Notes: generated from the letters alone by a model not told the origin. A DNA stretch of 59,670 bases, filler included, from Sphacelaria rigidula (GCA_964200075.2; 3 parts of 3 records of this genome joined end to end with filler, not necessarily neighbours in it); one strand, 5' to 3'. Counted from the first letter of the whole stretch, positions 37,982 through 53,600 are shown. Numbers and translations: made by a program.

Positions 37982-39749
37982 TTCGGTTTTCAATAGCCAG
38001 ATGACAGTGGATCCTGGAAAATGGGGTCGATCTAAAAACTGAGGTTGAAGTGACATTTCTTTTTTGCAGGGATGACGCGAAACACTTACGACCAAGCGAA
38101 GCCATCTTCCCCCCAAATGTCCGCAGCAGTCAAGCGGCTGTGGCTAGGTGAACCTAACGAATGCGGTGTACACGCGTGTCGATGACGATGACGATATCAC
38201 CAGAGAGAGAAGCAACGACAGAGAGGAAGCTCCACGCCCGTGTCCTTTGTGTGTCCTCTCTCGGCGATTACCAAACCCTCAAAAGACTGCATCATCGATG
38301 TTACCAGCATGTGCTCAATTTTCCATGTGCCGAAACATCGAGCTGCGGAGAGATTTCTTCTCTTCTTACAATTGCCTGTCGAGCTCACCAATGCGAAGAT
38401 CAAGCTCTCTCTGCCTCTCCTTTTGGACAGGACGCGCCTCTGTGCGCTAACACACATGTCGTTGAAAAACAGGGCAATGTTCCCGTCACCGCTACTACTG
38501 TTCTCTGTCACACACACGCCAACAAGGGCGGTGGTGCGGCCATAAAAAATATATTCAATTTGAACCTGGCGGGTATTATTCATCGTTGATCTTACCAACA
38601 TCTGACCCTCTGGGTGCTCGATGAGAACAGCGTGCCACACGCCAGTTGAGGGGGGTTTCTAAGATATCAAATATTTGTAGAGACCTTTTTGACGTGCGGA
38701 CTGAAAAGAGGTACCTATGGTGGTGATCTAACTGTTGCTGGTGTGGTGCATAGGAGTCCGTCCATGCTGCAATCTGGAGCACACGCTGGTCGCGTGAACC
38801 CCTGGGTACACTACGAGTAGCTTTCCAGAATTATTCCGATGTGAGGGGATCATGCATTCCAAGCTGGGACGAGAGTCCTCTACGATCAACCACTTGTCGT
38901 TGCATTTGAGACCCATGCCATCAACCGCCGAAAGCAAAGGTCTTGTGGCTTTCACGCAACGCTGTCGGTAGTACGGCAGGCAAACTCGATCATAGCTAGC
39001 TTTCGTTGCTCCACCATACTTACTCATGTACTCCCGACCGAAGTTCGCAACACGTATGAAAGCTAAACACTTGGTTTTCTCAACTGCATTCACCCAATTT
39101 GAATGACTCTCAAGACCTGAGGGAAGGTGGCCGCCTCGGGTCCGGCTAAACACGCGAAGATGCCGTCGAACAGCAATACCAAACAATCCTGGGATTGGCA
39201 TCAGGCAGTCCGTGAAGAACGGAACATAAATCGGCAAGTTACCATTCGTATTAGAAAACAATGCGCATGAAACGCTTTGCAGGTTGGAAAACACGTACTC
39301 TCTACGTAATGCAGTTGAGAAAAAAGATACTGTAAGCCGTTTTTTTTGGGTTTGGGGGGGGGGTTCCAACCATCCTCCCTTCAAAACCTCTTTTGGCAAC
39401 GGGAGAAATAGAAAGGAAGGATAAACACTTCCGAATCACACTAAAACAGAGAGCGAGCAAGGAGTGGGAAAGGATAGAAACATGTAATGTATCGGGATGG
39501 GTTAGAACGGTAGGATGGAGAGTATGCATCGCTAACGGAATAAGAAACCTATGACGTAGTGCACAAGAAAACGGAGGGAAAGCGAGGCAGGAACAGGTGA
39601 ATGCCCGGAAGGGGAAGGAGAGGGGACATAGTGCCCCGAAACAAGTAGACATAGTCCAAACCGGCAAGGGGCAGAATAATCAAGCAAGGGAAAGAGTCAT
39701 CCTACCATAAGGGGGGGGGGTATTTTGGGCCATTTGCTGCTCAAAATTT

Positions 39750-39849
39750 NNNNNNNNNNNNNNNNNNNNNNNNNNNNNNNNNNNNNNNNNNNNTTAATTA
39801 ATTAANNNNNNNNNNNNNNNNNNNNNNNNNNNNNNNNNNNNNNNNNNNN
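39750..39849. other. Assembly linker N44-TTAATTAATTAA-N44
   Basis: Identical artificial 100-nt linker. Confidence 0.97.
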
Positions 39850-40439
39850 TTGTTTTGTTTACGTTTGTTATTACGCTTTGGGGCGGGTTTGGGGGGGGGG
39901 GGGGGGGCTACCGTAGTAAGACTCGTTGGTTGATTGCGCACGTTAAGTTATGGCTGTGGAACATGTTCATACCAGTAGTCGCAAGATAGGCCATAGGCAT
40001 ACCCAACGTACAACAGAACAAAAACACTCGCTAAGGGAAACTCGAAAAACGATAAGACGAAGAAAGGGAAATGCAAGCACGTTACGTGCGCGAGTACTTG
40101 GAAAACAGGCCATCGACCGAAACTCCAACCTTGTGGAAAATACCTCTGCTCAGAAGTACACAGCTTACGTGAACTGACTACTACAGCAGCTACTGAGGGG
40201 ATAATCGATCGCGAGTGAGGCACGTACAATCTATTCGCCACATAACGGGCAGTGCCCGGTGTCAGCCTGAAGGAAAACTATTCCTGACTCTCAAAACCCG
40301 TGACCGTGCCATAAGTTGAGGTATTGTGCAGAATATTATACAAGCGAGAGGCCGCTGCGTCGAGGGCTGCCAATCGGAGAATCCTGTCTGCTCATATCGG
40401 TTGTTGATTATGTCCTTAGTCGGTGGCTCTACGGTGCCC

Positions 40440-40780
40440 ACTGGTGCGTGGCTGTATCTACTCTGCTGCCCTGAACCCCTTGAGTTTTTTCTTCTTTTTT
40501 TTCGTCGTTCTTTGTATTTTATTTTATTTGCTCTTTACTTTCCTCTTTTTTTTTTATCAGGTCGGCTATTTCTTTCTGTACTTTGCTTGTGTTGACTTCT
40601 TACTACTTTTTTGTCACGACTTAGTCTGCTATGTCGTTCTGTTCGACTTTTTGTTTTGTTCTGTTCCTTCTTTTTTTTCAGGGCGTGTTTGAGTTTCGTT
40701 TTTCTTGGGTACGTCTATCATGAGACCACGGATGGACCCCTGGGGGGTCAGTTAAAGTGCGACACTCAATCAATCAATCA
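40440..40780 (+). mobile_element. LINE/SINE 3' tail ending in (TCAA)n
   Basis: T-rich body, then gtctatcatg...ccacgg...tggggggtcagttaaagtgcgacactcaatcaatcaatcaa. A second copy lies at 48140-48252. Confidence 0.6.
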
Positions 40781-41269
40781 AATGATGGGTGAGGATATCG
40801 TCCACCTGTACTGCCTGCTACAAGAAACCCGACATGCTGTTTTTGGTAGTGTGCTACCAGATACGGGCCTCACCTCACACTCGCCCGCATTGGAATAGTG
40901 GCCTGAATGGTAGACTTTGCACATGCCACATGATGTAAGGCCTTGGATGAGGGTAAGCATATACCGTGAATGACGTACAACATGCAGCAGATTCTCAGCA
41001 TAATCGGATACAACACGTGCAGGTAATCCGGCAATTCTCCTGGTAATCTCATAGGTAACCGAGTAGTTATATCTTGTACTTCTTTGAACAGTACCGGTTG
41101 TTTGCATAGACGACCCCGCTAATCTCCGGGGGTGGTCATCAATGATGGTGAGGCAGTGCTTGGAATATAAAGAGCGTGTTCGCATGTTGCGATGGAGCGT
41201 AAAACATACGTGAGGCTGGTCATCGTGTTGCGAAGCAATCGCATCGAAATTATTCGGACTGGGGATATT

Positions 41270-41540
41270 ATATCCATATGGGATATCCACGGGGGACATC
41301 CATCTGGGATATAGACATCCATCTGGGAGGTCCATCTGGGGTATCCGTATCCCAGGTTTCCATACCCATATCCCCGGTGGATATCTCAGAATAGTACCCA
41401 TATTTCGGATTGATACCCCGGATGGATCTGGCATCGTAGGTGGATTTCCCTGATATGTGTCCATATCTCAGACAGCTACCTATCTGTGTGGTATCTCAGA
41501 TGGACATCTATCTGGGATATTCGCATCCCAGACGGATGTT
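41270..41540. repeat. GATATCC/ATCTGGGAT-rich repeat element
   Basis: Same motif family as 31713-32040. Confidence 0.6.
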
Positions 41541-41699
41541 GCACGATGGTACAAGAGCGTGTGGATTGAGCAGTCACGCGGTGATACTTGCATGGTTCAC
41601 ACGCGACGCGTCCTTATTCGTCCTGCTACAGTACCACCACGTACTACCCCTGAGTGCCTAGATTGTTCGGTGAATCTTCCACGCTCGCTGCTTACACAG

Positions 41700-44600
41700 A
41701 CCGAAGAAGAAAAAGAGAAAAGAAATGCCGAGAGGCAAAGGGTGGAGAACGAGAGGCAGGCTCTGACCATGAAGAGCGAGGCGCTCACCGTACAGCTTCG
41801 AAGGACTGAGCAAAAGCGGGAGGTAAGACATTAACCACTGGCAACAAAATTCATTGCTGTTGTATCAGAGTTGGCTAATGCCGACAATAAGCACAACGGC
41901 GCGACGATGTCGAGAGGACACCTCCACAAGGAATATATGCCATGGTGGCTCTTCAGTGTGCTCGCTTGCTATACGTCGTGTTCAGCCTATATTTTGCTGT
42001 GACAAAAATGGCCCATACCATTGAGTGCCCGCCAAACGTGCAAAATATGGCTCGGTAGTATGTGTTTATTCCTTACCCTATACGCCCCCGACGTTTGCTT
42101 GTCGATCTCAACAAACTCCACCTGAACATGGTGTTTTCCCCCGCTGCTTCTATTGCTACGCGCTGATGGTGCTATAGCATGTGGACACCTTCGCGCGACG
42201 CGCTACGACCGCTGTCCCGTTGAGCGGTAGTGGTGACAAAGGCGAACAGGGCTTTCTGGATGTGAAGGGTGTGAGCAAGGCCATCGAGTTTTGGGAGGAA
42301 AAAGCCGTGCAAACGGATGAGGAAATACTTCGTCTGAAGGCGGAGCAGCGAAGGTTTGGCACAGGAAAATACATATTTTCGGGGAATATAGCACACCACA
42401 GAAATCGTCCCGTGTTGATCTGTCAGTCTCTAAAAGCGTGCGTGTTTGGTGACGGGGACTTTCGCACGGGCAGTAAGCATCTCGACCATCCATTCAATCG
42501 AAATGTCTCACGATGAAATCATCCCCACTACCACAGTCCATGGAATCACGCCGCTTGCCCAGCACGCCGCTATGGCCCCTGTGCCCCATCTGCGTTCCAC
42601 TTGAGCAGCTGGACCCCTCGGCCTAGGACTGCGCGTGATTAACATACTCTGCATCTTGACAGGGTGAGGGATGAGCTTGGGAAGTTATCTCTCAGGAGCT
42701 CTGTGCCTGTCCAGCGACGTGCGGTGCCACAGCACCAGGCGAAGGTAGTCGTCAGCCTGAAGGTGGAGGAAACTGGCCCCATCGAACTGGAGGTGTGTAA
42801 GTTGGTCGTCGCGTGATGTGTGTAACGGGTTGTCACGGCGAATAAAGCACTCAGTGCCTGGTGTAGTAGTACGTCAAACCGTAGAGAGAGTGAAAAACGT
42901 AGTCAGAGGCAAGGAAATAGGCATGTTGGAAGGTGCACGGATTGCGCCGGATGAACCAAGATGTGCACAAGCGCTACGTTTCGATTTGGAGGGAACTGTA
43001 CCATCGAAGGTCTGGCGGGTTTCTGTAGAATCTCTGACCGTCCACCCGTTGCATTGTGTTACGATTCTCTTGACTTTTCACGACGAAGTGGATCTCGAAT
43101 GGACCTGACTAGTGTCCGATTGCATCCTATCGTCGTCTCCGCAGTCCACACGTGCCTTCGTCCCTCCCGAAACACCATACGAAGGCTCCCTCGGTGCGGG
43201 TGTAAATGTATACTTCACGCGATACAGCCAATGATTTCCCGTTACCGTACAGGTGAAGTACATGATCCGCGGAGCATCGTGGTCGCCGGCATACGACCTG
43301 AGAGTGGACACTCAGACCGACTCCATGTCGTGCACGTACTACGGGACGGTATCTCAGAAAACTACAGAAGACTGGGAAGGTAACGTGATGGGATGGTCTT
43401 CAGCACTTGGACTTTGATCTAAAGCACTGCCCGGTGACGTGAGACAGCTAAAAGGAAGGGTGTAACCCTTCATGGAAGGAACACAAGTAGAGGTGGAAGC
43501 TGGCTTGGCGTCGCACGTGCACAGCTACTCATGCTCCCGGAATCAATACCGATCGTTTATGTAGTGTATACTTGTTTGATCGATTGCTGCTAACGTGGAT
43601 GACACCCAGGTCGGTCTTGAAGGTATGCCTGGTACTTTAGTTGCAAAGTTCCATGTTTGGCTCCATGGCGTGTGGCCATCGCGCGAGTGTCATAAAAATT
43701 CACCACAAACGCGTACGTGAACCTCGCCCACCTCTCCCTACCGGAACAGTTCCGAGTGGAACCCCGCTATCGATCGATTACCCTTGTTACCACACGAAAC
43801 ATCGGTACAACCCATGACGGAATGTGCAGGTGTGGCACTAATCCTGTCGACGGCCGAGCCTTCTGTCAGAGGAATCCCTCCGACTATAGGCAACAAGACG
43901 GTGTCCCTGAAACCCGAAGGACTTGAGATGTCAGGAGTCGAGATGGCGGTTCGTCCCCTATCCGGGGTACCCATGAGTGCGGCTGCCGAGGTTTCGGCAG
44001 TCACGTGTGCGCGTCAGGTCAGCTCTCAAGTTTTTCCCCTCTCTCTTAAGTTTCCAGCAGTAAAAGCTGGTCGGAATGCCTGTCATCTCATCCATTGCCT
44101 CCACTCTGTCGTAGCAATTTGAAATAAGCCAATATGAAATGATTTTGTGTTGCCATGCACTTGATGGCACTGCTGTATTGTCATTTTGTTGTGTCGACCT
44201 TTCAACCCCCCTCCTTCCTCGAGATGTATTCGTCATCTCACTTTCAAGGGAACAACTCACCTCTCGCCCGGTACATATCTTATATTTTGATATATTTTGG
44301 TACCAAAGGCACTCCTTTTGCTATTGACGTCCTCACTTTACAGTTTGCTAGCAACGACGGGAGCCAGGTGCTCTCTTGACGGAAAGCCATAGTACAACCG
44401 TCCGGCACAGGATCCGGATTCTTCCGACAAAAACAGTTCTATGCCATCAGATCACCGGGGCGTAGCAATGCTTCTACGCAAAGTTGCCCACCCCAAGCTG
44501 AATCACGCATGCAAATATGTCTGAGGTTGACTGACATAGGAGCGAGTATTGCCCCCTTTTCTTCCCCGGTGCGCGTGGTTTGCTCCCGCAGTGATACGCC

Positions 44601-47600
44601 TCGATTCACCTAATGATACGCCTTCCCAAAGTTGTGTCCCTCGTCGAAGAAATTAACAGAAAGCCCTCTATTCTTCGTTTTCATTCAACTTGCCACGCAG
44701 AAGAGATCGTTGTCGCATAGAGGTTCATCCACCCCGCAGGCACGCGTTGCCCGTACTGAGTCGGAGTCGGCACCTCCCCAACCGCCAACGGCGCGGGTGG
44801 CCGTGACTGAAGTGGCGGGCAGTGGAGGTGGGATTGGCACCGTGTCGTTCGTCATTGGACAGTCGGCCACTATCAAGTGAGATACGTTTGCTGAAGGGCA
44901 AACGGTGGACTTGTAAAGCGGGATTGTGGTTGCCACTATACTGACCTTATTGCTTTGCTTGTTCGCCTCTCCAAGCATGTTCACCTCGCAGAGTGATATA
45001 CCCCCACCCCCGCGCGCCAAGTAGGCGTCCGTCTCTTCGCCTACTGTTTTTACCCATTGAAACAATATGACCGTTAATCTCAATCGTGAACCCATACGCT
45101 CGCACAATTTGGTGCTGAGTGTCGCGAGACGATTTCCCTCGAGAAGTAGCGCGTGTTTGCTTGGCGGGCGTGAGCAGGGCTTGATACAGGATGCTGCTCA
45201 GTACCGTTAACTAAGCAACTGTACCCCCATGACTTCACACGCGCGTGACCGCAGAAGCCCCATGCGACGGGATTGAAGCGTACACGTGCTTGTGTGAAAG
45301 TTCCTATAACTTGAAATGTTGTGAAGTTACGGTGCGTCTAGATATAGGCAGGTTAGTGATCCATGTACTGTATCGTGTGGCACGTGAAAATAAAACCGTT
45401 ATCGTTCAGCAGGAAATGAAGCTAGCTGCTCGAGTTGACTGCTAGCGGAAGTATGTAAGCTAACGGCTTCGTCAGCTGAGTAGTTGCGATTTTTGTTCCT
45501 GTATACCTCGCTGTACCCGCAAGCACCCTGTTTTGTTCTGTCTCGTACCCATTCTTTGTAGGAGCGACGGCTACGCGAAGAGGCTTACGGTCGGAGTACT
45601 GGAGCTTTCGGTAGAGGTGACGCACTACATAGTGCCCTCCAAGGCGTCGGCCGCGTACCTGCAGGCAAAGGTAATGTTTCAGAAGTAGTGGTGAAGGTGG
45701 AATCACCTGGTAGTAGCAGTAGCGATAGTAGTAGTAGGAGTAGTAGTGGCGGTGGCGATGGAAGTAGTAGCAGTAGGGCTGTATCCTCGAAATGGCGCTT
45801 GGATCTTCCGCCAGCGCTGTACCGAGGCCCGTGCTCGACTGTGGGCATTCAATAGCTCAAGCACGGAGCATTCTTAAAGTGTGATATGTCACCGACGGCC
45901 CGCATGTTCAAGATGTGTGACTGTGCGCTGCTGGGGACCATCCGCGTGTACATGACACTAATGTTACCACTGCAGGTGCCGTGGCGCCTTGCCTCTAGTA
46001 CTCGCGACAGGCTTCGTTCATTCCGGTAGGAAGCAGGCACCCAAAGGCGAACCTTTGGAGTTTCGGCGTGTGCTGCTGTGGGCGTGCTTCACTCGTCGTC
46101 AAGGATAGCAGTGGCCACCGTTACATTCGCACGCTCCATACCGCTCCGACCCCGTGGTCTAATTATAACACTATATTCGTGAGATTCAGAGTGTAACATC
46201 GGATTCGGAGTGAGACCCGGAACAATTGACTTTCCCCTCGATTTTGACATCACCACAGTTCGAGGAGTAATGCGCCCAGCTGGTGAAGCGGTGGCTTCAA
46301 TGAAAGCTGTCGCCTACACAATCAATTTGACACATCACTTGATCGCAACGACGTAGTCCGTCCATTGCAACAAAATTTCCCCTCTTTCAGGAAAAAGTGA
46401 TTAGTGCCTCAAACAGTTTCAGTTCCGAAATGCCCCCCCAGGCGTAAAATGCTTTGTACGGTATCTCACCAACCAGACCGCCGAATTCCTCGAATCGGGT
46501 ACTGTACGGTAGCTGCATGCACAGGGCGTGTGCTCAAGCAAAACAAGAAAAAAGTTGCCTGTAAGGAACGCTAGAGCATCCGCTCTGAATCCGATATTAC
46601 GCTCTGAATCTCACGAATATGGTGTTTTATACAGTACAGCTAACACCGTATGGTGGGCAAAACGGGGGTTCAATTCCCGGCAGATGACGTTTCGTTTGAA
46701 TTTTTCCTGCGAAGTATCTGATTCCGTCCTTGAAAGTGTGAGGACGTGAGAAGCAAAAGCAAGGTTGTTTAGCTGGTGCATTCCACGGTACCAAGTTGCA
46801 AGGCGTGTACCGGGGGAGAGATGGGTTGATCCATTGAGACCACGGGTTAGTCCCGAGGAAGGGGAGGGGCAGAAGTGCGGCGGGAAAGAAGGAACCTCGG
46901 ATGTTGGGCACTTTTGGTTGGTTCTCTTTGGCGAGTACACATGAGAATACATTCGTGTTTATGTGTCTTTTGTCCGATCTTTACTGCTTCCTCCTCCTGT
47001 CCTGATGGTAAGGCACCTATTGAGCGGTGTGTAACCCGTGGCTGCCACTGGAAGTAGTGATGCCAGAAAATGAAGCACTCATCGGAGGCTGCTATCCATA
47101 TGCAAGACAATCAGAACGCTTGTTCCGAACAATCTTAGCACGAAGCAGCTCATCCCTCACGCGACTCACCGAATACATCACGGCGCTCCGCGCCTGGTGA
47201 TGGCGAGCATGGTCAGGCGAAACCCGGCGTGCTCCGTCCCCATGCGAGGTCAATGGTCATATGACTTCGGCATGCAAGATCATGAGTACACCCCCCCTGT
47301 CCCACCGTAACCCTCATGACATACGGTACGTCGCTGCCCACCCGGTCATAATGACAGCCGTACGAAGTTGTATGCTGTGAATAATCGAAAGTTGTCCTTC
47401 CTTTGACCAAATTCGAGGGCTACGGGAAAATGCACGCCTCAGTTGCTCACGATTATTTAGGCAGTGTCTTAGGTGGTGCGGCATCACCATTCCCGGCCAT
47501 ATCCGCTCTGCCTCTCTGATTCATTCTGTCCCTCGGGGTGGGTGTGCAATCAATGCAGGCAACGAACAACACGGACTACCTACTTCTGGCGAGTTCAAAT

Positions 47601-50600
47601 GTGTCCATATTCTTCGACAACAGCTTCGTGGCCAAGACCAATCTGAGGTCTGTCTCTCCCGGCGAGTCGTTTCAGACGTTCCTCGGCATAGACCCCGCCG
47701 TCAAGGTGAGATCACAGCAGTACAGCAGCACAACAGTCCAGTTCGAATGTCTTGTCTTCGGTATTGGGCATTCCGTGGTCGTTACTCGTCACTGCACGTT
47801 GTCCAATGCACCGATTGCACAGTGAATAGCTTAGTTTTTGGTTTGGCTACCTCGAGGTGGTACACGACTGGAGCACACCCGGCGTCCAAGGTGCATGCGA
47901 AACATACACAGAGTAATCCATGGCATGTATGAGCAGGTGTCGTCGCGCACCGGTGATCAAACTGCTGTAGTATTCTCGGCAAAGTTGGGCTGAGTAGTAG
48001 CAGTAGTGCGTGCGAATCCCCACAGTGACAGTTTATATTACTGGTTTCCGTTGAGGAAAGCGCAAGGACCCGGGTTGACAAAAACATTCCATGAATACAT
48101 TCTTGAGCGAGTGTATCAGTTACGTTTTGGTCTCGGGTATGTCTATCATGCGACTATCATGTAGATACTGACCACGGTAAGGCTGGATCATGACTACCTT
48201 GGGGATCAGTTAAATTGCGACAATCAATCAACCAATCGATCAAAATCAATCATGTGGGCGGACTGTGGCAGTGCTGATCCGATGCTCGCACATGTACTGC
48301 AAGGCAGGTATGGCACCGAGGAGGGTTGGCGTACGGCGCAAAATACATTAGGTTACCGCGGAAAATTCCAGTGGCAATATTGCTGGTTAACCCGAACGTG
48401 TTGCTGAAGACACTTTTTACGATAGCCCCACCCCAAAACGTGGCTGGTTTGGGGAGGCAAAATCTACAGGTGAATCAAAATGGAGCAGCTAGGAATTCCC
48501 ACGCTTCAGTTCGTTCTTGACGATGTCACCCTGAACCTTAACATCAGGCGCTCTATGACCATTTTGTTCGTGACAGTTTTGGATTTTTTTTTGGGGGGGT
48601 GCTATCGTAGAAAGTGTCTCAGCCTGTATAAAGTGGGGAGTTTCTTACCTTTTCCTCGGATCATGTGTTTGTTGTGGCGCCATATATGATCCGAGGAAAA
48701 GATGAAAAGTTAAGACTTTAAACAGGCGTCAGGTTGGTAAGGTCATTATGCAACCACAAGAAAACGCCAAAAGTCGAGTGCGAGGGAAATATGGTGGGGG
48801 ACTATTACATGGTACAAAATTAACGAAGTTGCTTTCCTAGAGTGCTTTCATTGATGTACTGGCACAACGAAAATATCTGGACAATAATGCTGAAAAATAA
48901 TTGATGGATTAATTGTAGAACTTCCGGTGTGCTCGCGGCCGTCCACGTGTGTGTACACGATTCAGTGAACAGTGTGGGGCGCGTTCTGTTGTGCGCAACA
49001 TGTTGACGGTGTAGTGCATGATAATTTTTGTTTACCCGGGTAATAAGCCGGAAGGTGGAGTGCGTTTCATGGGATACTCCATTGGCAGCTATGTGCGTAC
49101 GATTACACTATTTTATTCTCAGGTCAGCCATCAACAACGTTTTCGTGAGATTGAGAGTAGAGCGGGGGTTGAGAGTTGGTTTCATCATTCGCTTTAACTT
49201 GACCAGTTTTTCATTCTGTGTGCTTTGCTTTGCTTGTAACAACACTGGCGTGTGCTTCCAGCTACACGTCATATGCTATTCAGGGATATCAAGGGCTTCG
49301 TTAATGGCAACCTGCTATTCAGGGAAAGCGTATCGGACCTCGTGGAGGGGCATTTCGGAACTGAACGATTCATTCATCAATCGCCCGCTTCTCTCTCTCA
49401 ATCGTATCCTCTACTCTCAATCTCACGGAAACACTGTTCATATTGCTGCATCATGTTATGGTGTGTTTTTCTCGAGGGCTTCATGTGACAATCCGTTGGC
49501 AGGTGACCGGGTTCTGCTATTTTGTCAGAATACCCAAAAAATGAAAAATAGTGTAGTACCATTCGGTCACCGTCTGAAACTAGTGGCCGTGTTGACGGGT
49601 GATGTGCACGTACTATCTAGCCGGCTAATGGCGTTTTTGTTTCATTCACCTGTTTCTCGTGTCATCATCTAGATTCTGCCTTGCACCTTGTGTGCCCACG
49701 ACCGGTCAAGGGTACAGATAGCTTGTCCACTTGAAATATGTTCACGGATTGATTGGAGTGAGAAATGGCTGTTTTGGTGTGTGTGTTGTCGACCAATTTA
49801 TTCTGGACGCCGGTCAACACCTTTCGGTATATGTGGGCGCACCAGCCGGGGTCACACAGGAGGAAGGTCAACACAGGAGCCTTTTCTTTTCTATTTGTTT
49901 TTAGTACCCCACCTTCCNNNNNNNNNNCTGCGGTGCTTGCCTTTGTTCTTTATCGCGAGAGGGGTTCAGCAATCCCTTTCCCTCGTCGACGGTTCAGTCG
50001 ATTGTTTTGGTGTACGTGGTACAACATCTATTTTTCTATCTCACGTATATTGATTGTGAGAAGTATCACTGTGAAATACTCTACTGCCACACTCACCACA
50101 CTACCTTAGAATACTGTTATCCGTGACTCTACGTAATTCAAAATTGCATATTGACGGATTTCGCACAATTATATCAATCGAGCTTTTATTGTTGCCCTGT
50201 CCTCTAGCGTCGCCCTCGATCCGTCATTCCTGTCCTGTGGCTGTAGGGGGACTGGGGGGTGGGGAGGTGGTTGTCTTCATTGTACTCGATCATGCATGTC
50301 CGTATAGTATTCACAGCTCCATCATCGCATTGGCGTCTAACGGTCTCACGCACTTCATTCGGCACTATTCATTAGCCACACACGCGCCCATTTGGCTACC
50401 CCCATAAAATCGTCTATCGCGATTTTCATCTTCTAGAGGCTATTTCATCCCCAGGTGCTGTCATAAACGAATCCTCTGGAGGGCATCTGATGCCCCAGTG
50501 ACTTCTGAGATCTGAACCCCTCTAGAGCAATAAAAAAGATGGTGCTCTGGAGGGCCGCGCATCCTCCAAATTCCTCCGGAGGGATGCGCGGGCCCTCCAG

Positions 50601-53600
50601 AGGCAAAACAAGCCTCTGGGGGCGTTTGATCCCACCCCTCACCCTCTGGGGGGCCGCGCACCCTCGGGAGGCGTTTAATTCCTCTGGAGGCTCGAAAAGT
50701 TGATCGGAACGGAGTATTTTTGGGGGTAGCCGAATGGCTGCGTGTGCACTCACACCAATTCCGGGCATACCTGACCAACTGCAGTCCGTAGCAACAAGTA
50801 CAGGTGGGGGATCAGCGATGGGTGCCCTTATGGCTGGCCCAGCCTCCGCAAGAAGATCGACTTTGTGAGGGATGTTACTGTCCTGACTGGCTGTGCTCTG
50901 TATATTTCACTCCCTGCTTTTTTGAGTCGCCACGCCCCTCCATGTACGCCCATCTCCAAAACTCCAACATCGTGAAATCTTCCAGCTTTCACATCCTTTT
51001 TTCATCACTTGCAATGGCGTAGCACACCCGGATTATTGACGGTCCCCGGCAGGGCGCACGGGTGAGGAAACAGGGGGTGTGGCCTATGGTAGAGCGGGTC
51101 CAGTGTTCAACCTCTTCTTTTTCTGAATCTGTTTTCTGTCTGTTCGCGCAAAAAGTCTGCGTCCAGCCCCTGCTTACTCAGTTGAAACACTCAAGATGGA
51201 AAGAGAATGGTGGCGTAGACCCTGCACGGGTTATGTCACATCTCATTACCCCATCCATGACATCTCATTACCCCATCCATGGCCTTGTTTTTCCCAGTGG
51301 TCGTTGGTGGTCGCAGTGCCGTGTGAGTGCAGGTCTGGATCATGATGGCTTTGTAGATTTTTTTATGTATCTACGTTTCATGATCATTGTGAAGAGAGGG
51401 CTATATCTTCATAGATATGTGAATAGTTAGGGGCATTGGTCTCGTGAGTGCTATGCTCATAAATCATATCCCCTCTTCATGTGTCCAGTAAGTGAGTCAG
51501 TTAAAGTGATGGTCACGAGTCGGGTGAGCACCACTTTTTCTGAAATGTATTCTGTTCGAGCACCGAATCCACAGGCGTGAAGAGTTTCTCGAGAGAACAC
51601 TGGTGTGATGATGGGAATACCATCGCACACTTGTGTCTTTATTCTCACAGTATTTTATTATATTGAACATAGCGAGGGGAACCCGTATGTTCCTGTCGTA
51701 CCCCTTGCGTGAGGAGAGTAGGGAGAACGTAATTTTGACTTCATCGGATTGGTTTGAGAATACCACCTCCCCAATCCATCACCACAATATTACGCTGGGG
51801 TATCTCTATCCTGCCAAATGTTTCGACTTTTAGCTCTTGTTTCCCCTTGGTATACGCATATTAACTGTGGTCGGGTTGGTGGTATTTTGTCTTTCTTTTC
51901 GGGAATCCATTGGTACATCATATGTATGGGTGCGTCGAAGCATATCCATGGAGTGATTGGTTGATCGATTTATCGATTGATTGTGGTGTACTGATTTATC
52001 CTCAAGGAATCTAGCCGTAATCATCACACACAAGGTGAACGTAGTGTACCCAAAGTGTGACGTAAACAAAACGGAAACGCTCGCTGAAGAAAAATCAAGG
52101 AATCAAGGATCAACAAGTATACTTCCTCTGTCTCATAAGTAAAGTCCGTTATGATCATTCGGACCCTTAACCGTGTCCAATGCCGTAGGCGATATATTTT
52201 TTGAAATCTTCAGTTTTTTTTAGTTGAATCGGGTCTCCCCCTCCATCATGATAGCGCAGCAGCCAGCGTGCGCGAATGGCCGACAAACGATCAGTCGGCT
52301 CGAGAATGGACATATTTCGCCCCTTTTCTGTAACACAGAAAAGAACCCTGGAAACCCGAAAAACGGCAAAAATCGCGAAAAGAGGTATAAATGACTCCTT
52401 TTCTCCGGTACATCGCTGTCATACGATAGCTACGCCTAGTCCGAAACCACTAGTTCACATTGCAGCCTTCAATAACTGCAAAACAAGCCAAATTCGTCGA
52501 AATTCGGCCGACAATGTACAGATTGGCGAGATTTGGTCGAAAGTTGGCCATGTTTGACCCAACGATTCCAAGGTTTTAGGTTAGTTATTTTGTTTTTGTT
52601 TTTCCAGTGGCCGTCACCACAACTATATGTTTTCAACTAACCTAACCATAACATCGTAAGCACCTTCGTTGGCGAGGTATGGCCTATCTCGGGCGTTCAT
52701 GATCACTTTGATGTTGTTTTCAGTTTCATCGGATGAAAAGACTTCACGCTTACTAACCTGTCATCCTTTAACTTAGTACTCCCAACTACGGTATGTACAC
52801 ATGTATATATGTAGACTACGTATTTCGTGGGCGAGCGTGTGCTCCGGCATACTCACAACATGGATGCAGTAAGCGCCGGTTTCCCTCCTTCTTGATGTCT
52901 AGTAGCTGGGCCCTGGGTTTTCTATTTTGCTGTAATTACCTGGTACTGGAGCTTCTTGCTTGCTGCTGCTGTTGCTGTCGTAGCTGGCAGTGAAATGGTG
53001 GGGTGCCAAATTTTCGCGTCTCGTCATGTCCCTGAATCACCCGCACGTCCGCATTGCCACCCCTCCCGCCTGTCCGGTGCATGATTTCAGACCAAGGTGG
53101 CTCCTCCTCGAAAAACGAGCAAAAAGAAGGGCATCTTCGGGAAGTCGAATCAAGTCTCGCACGCGTATAGGTAAGAAAGCTGGCACCGCCGCTACCTGGG
53201 CAGAGCACAGGATGCGCAGGGCAAGCTTGCGACACAATGTCGACAAGATATCGTCGAATATTTTGGAGCCTCTGCTTCCGCCAACAATTAGCGCCTGAAT
53301 CTAACTTATCGCATCACCTGTGCTCGCAATGGGGCTTGAGACTTTTCTTCCAAAAGCCAACCGCCCCGACGCCCCTCCGCCGTCAGCGGGGTTTCTCGGC
53401 AAAGCATGTTTTGTTCAGTGTTGTCGACGCCAAATACGGATCTCTCCCAGCTGTCTCCTAGCCAAATATTCATTTCTCATAGTCCAGTCAGGGCACAGGC
53501 GTGATGCATAATTTTGGCGTGAAGTACGGGGGTGTCACAACTGTTTCTCAACCAAATGCGGGATTCTCATGGCCCAGACAACGCTAAGGCATGATTTGTT

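Noticed and set aside
38728..39399. 223-aa minus-strand ORF as a gene or transposase
   Set aside because: No recognisable motif or splice context; probably a repeat remnant that cannot be classified by eye.
49028..49672. 214-aa ORF in a DUF4139 intron
   Set aside because: It overlaps a MITE and has a non-ATG start and low-information composition.
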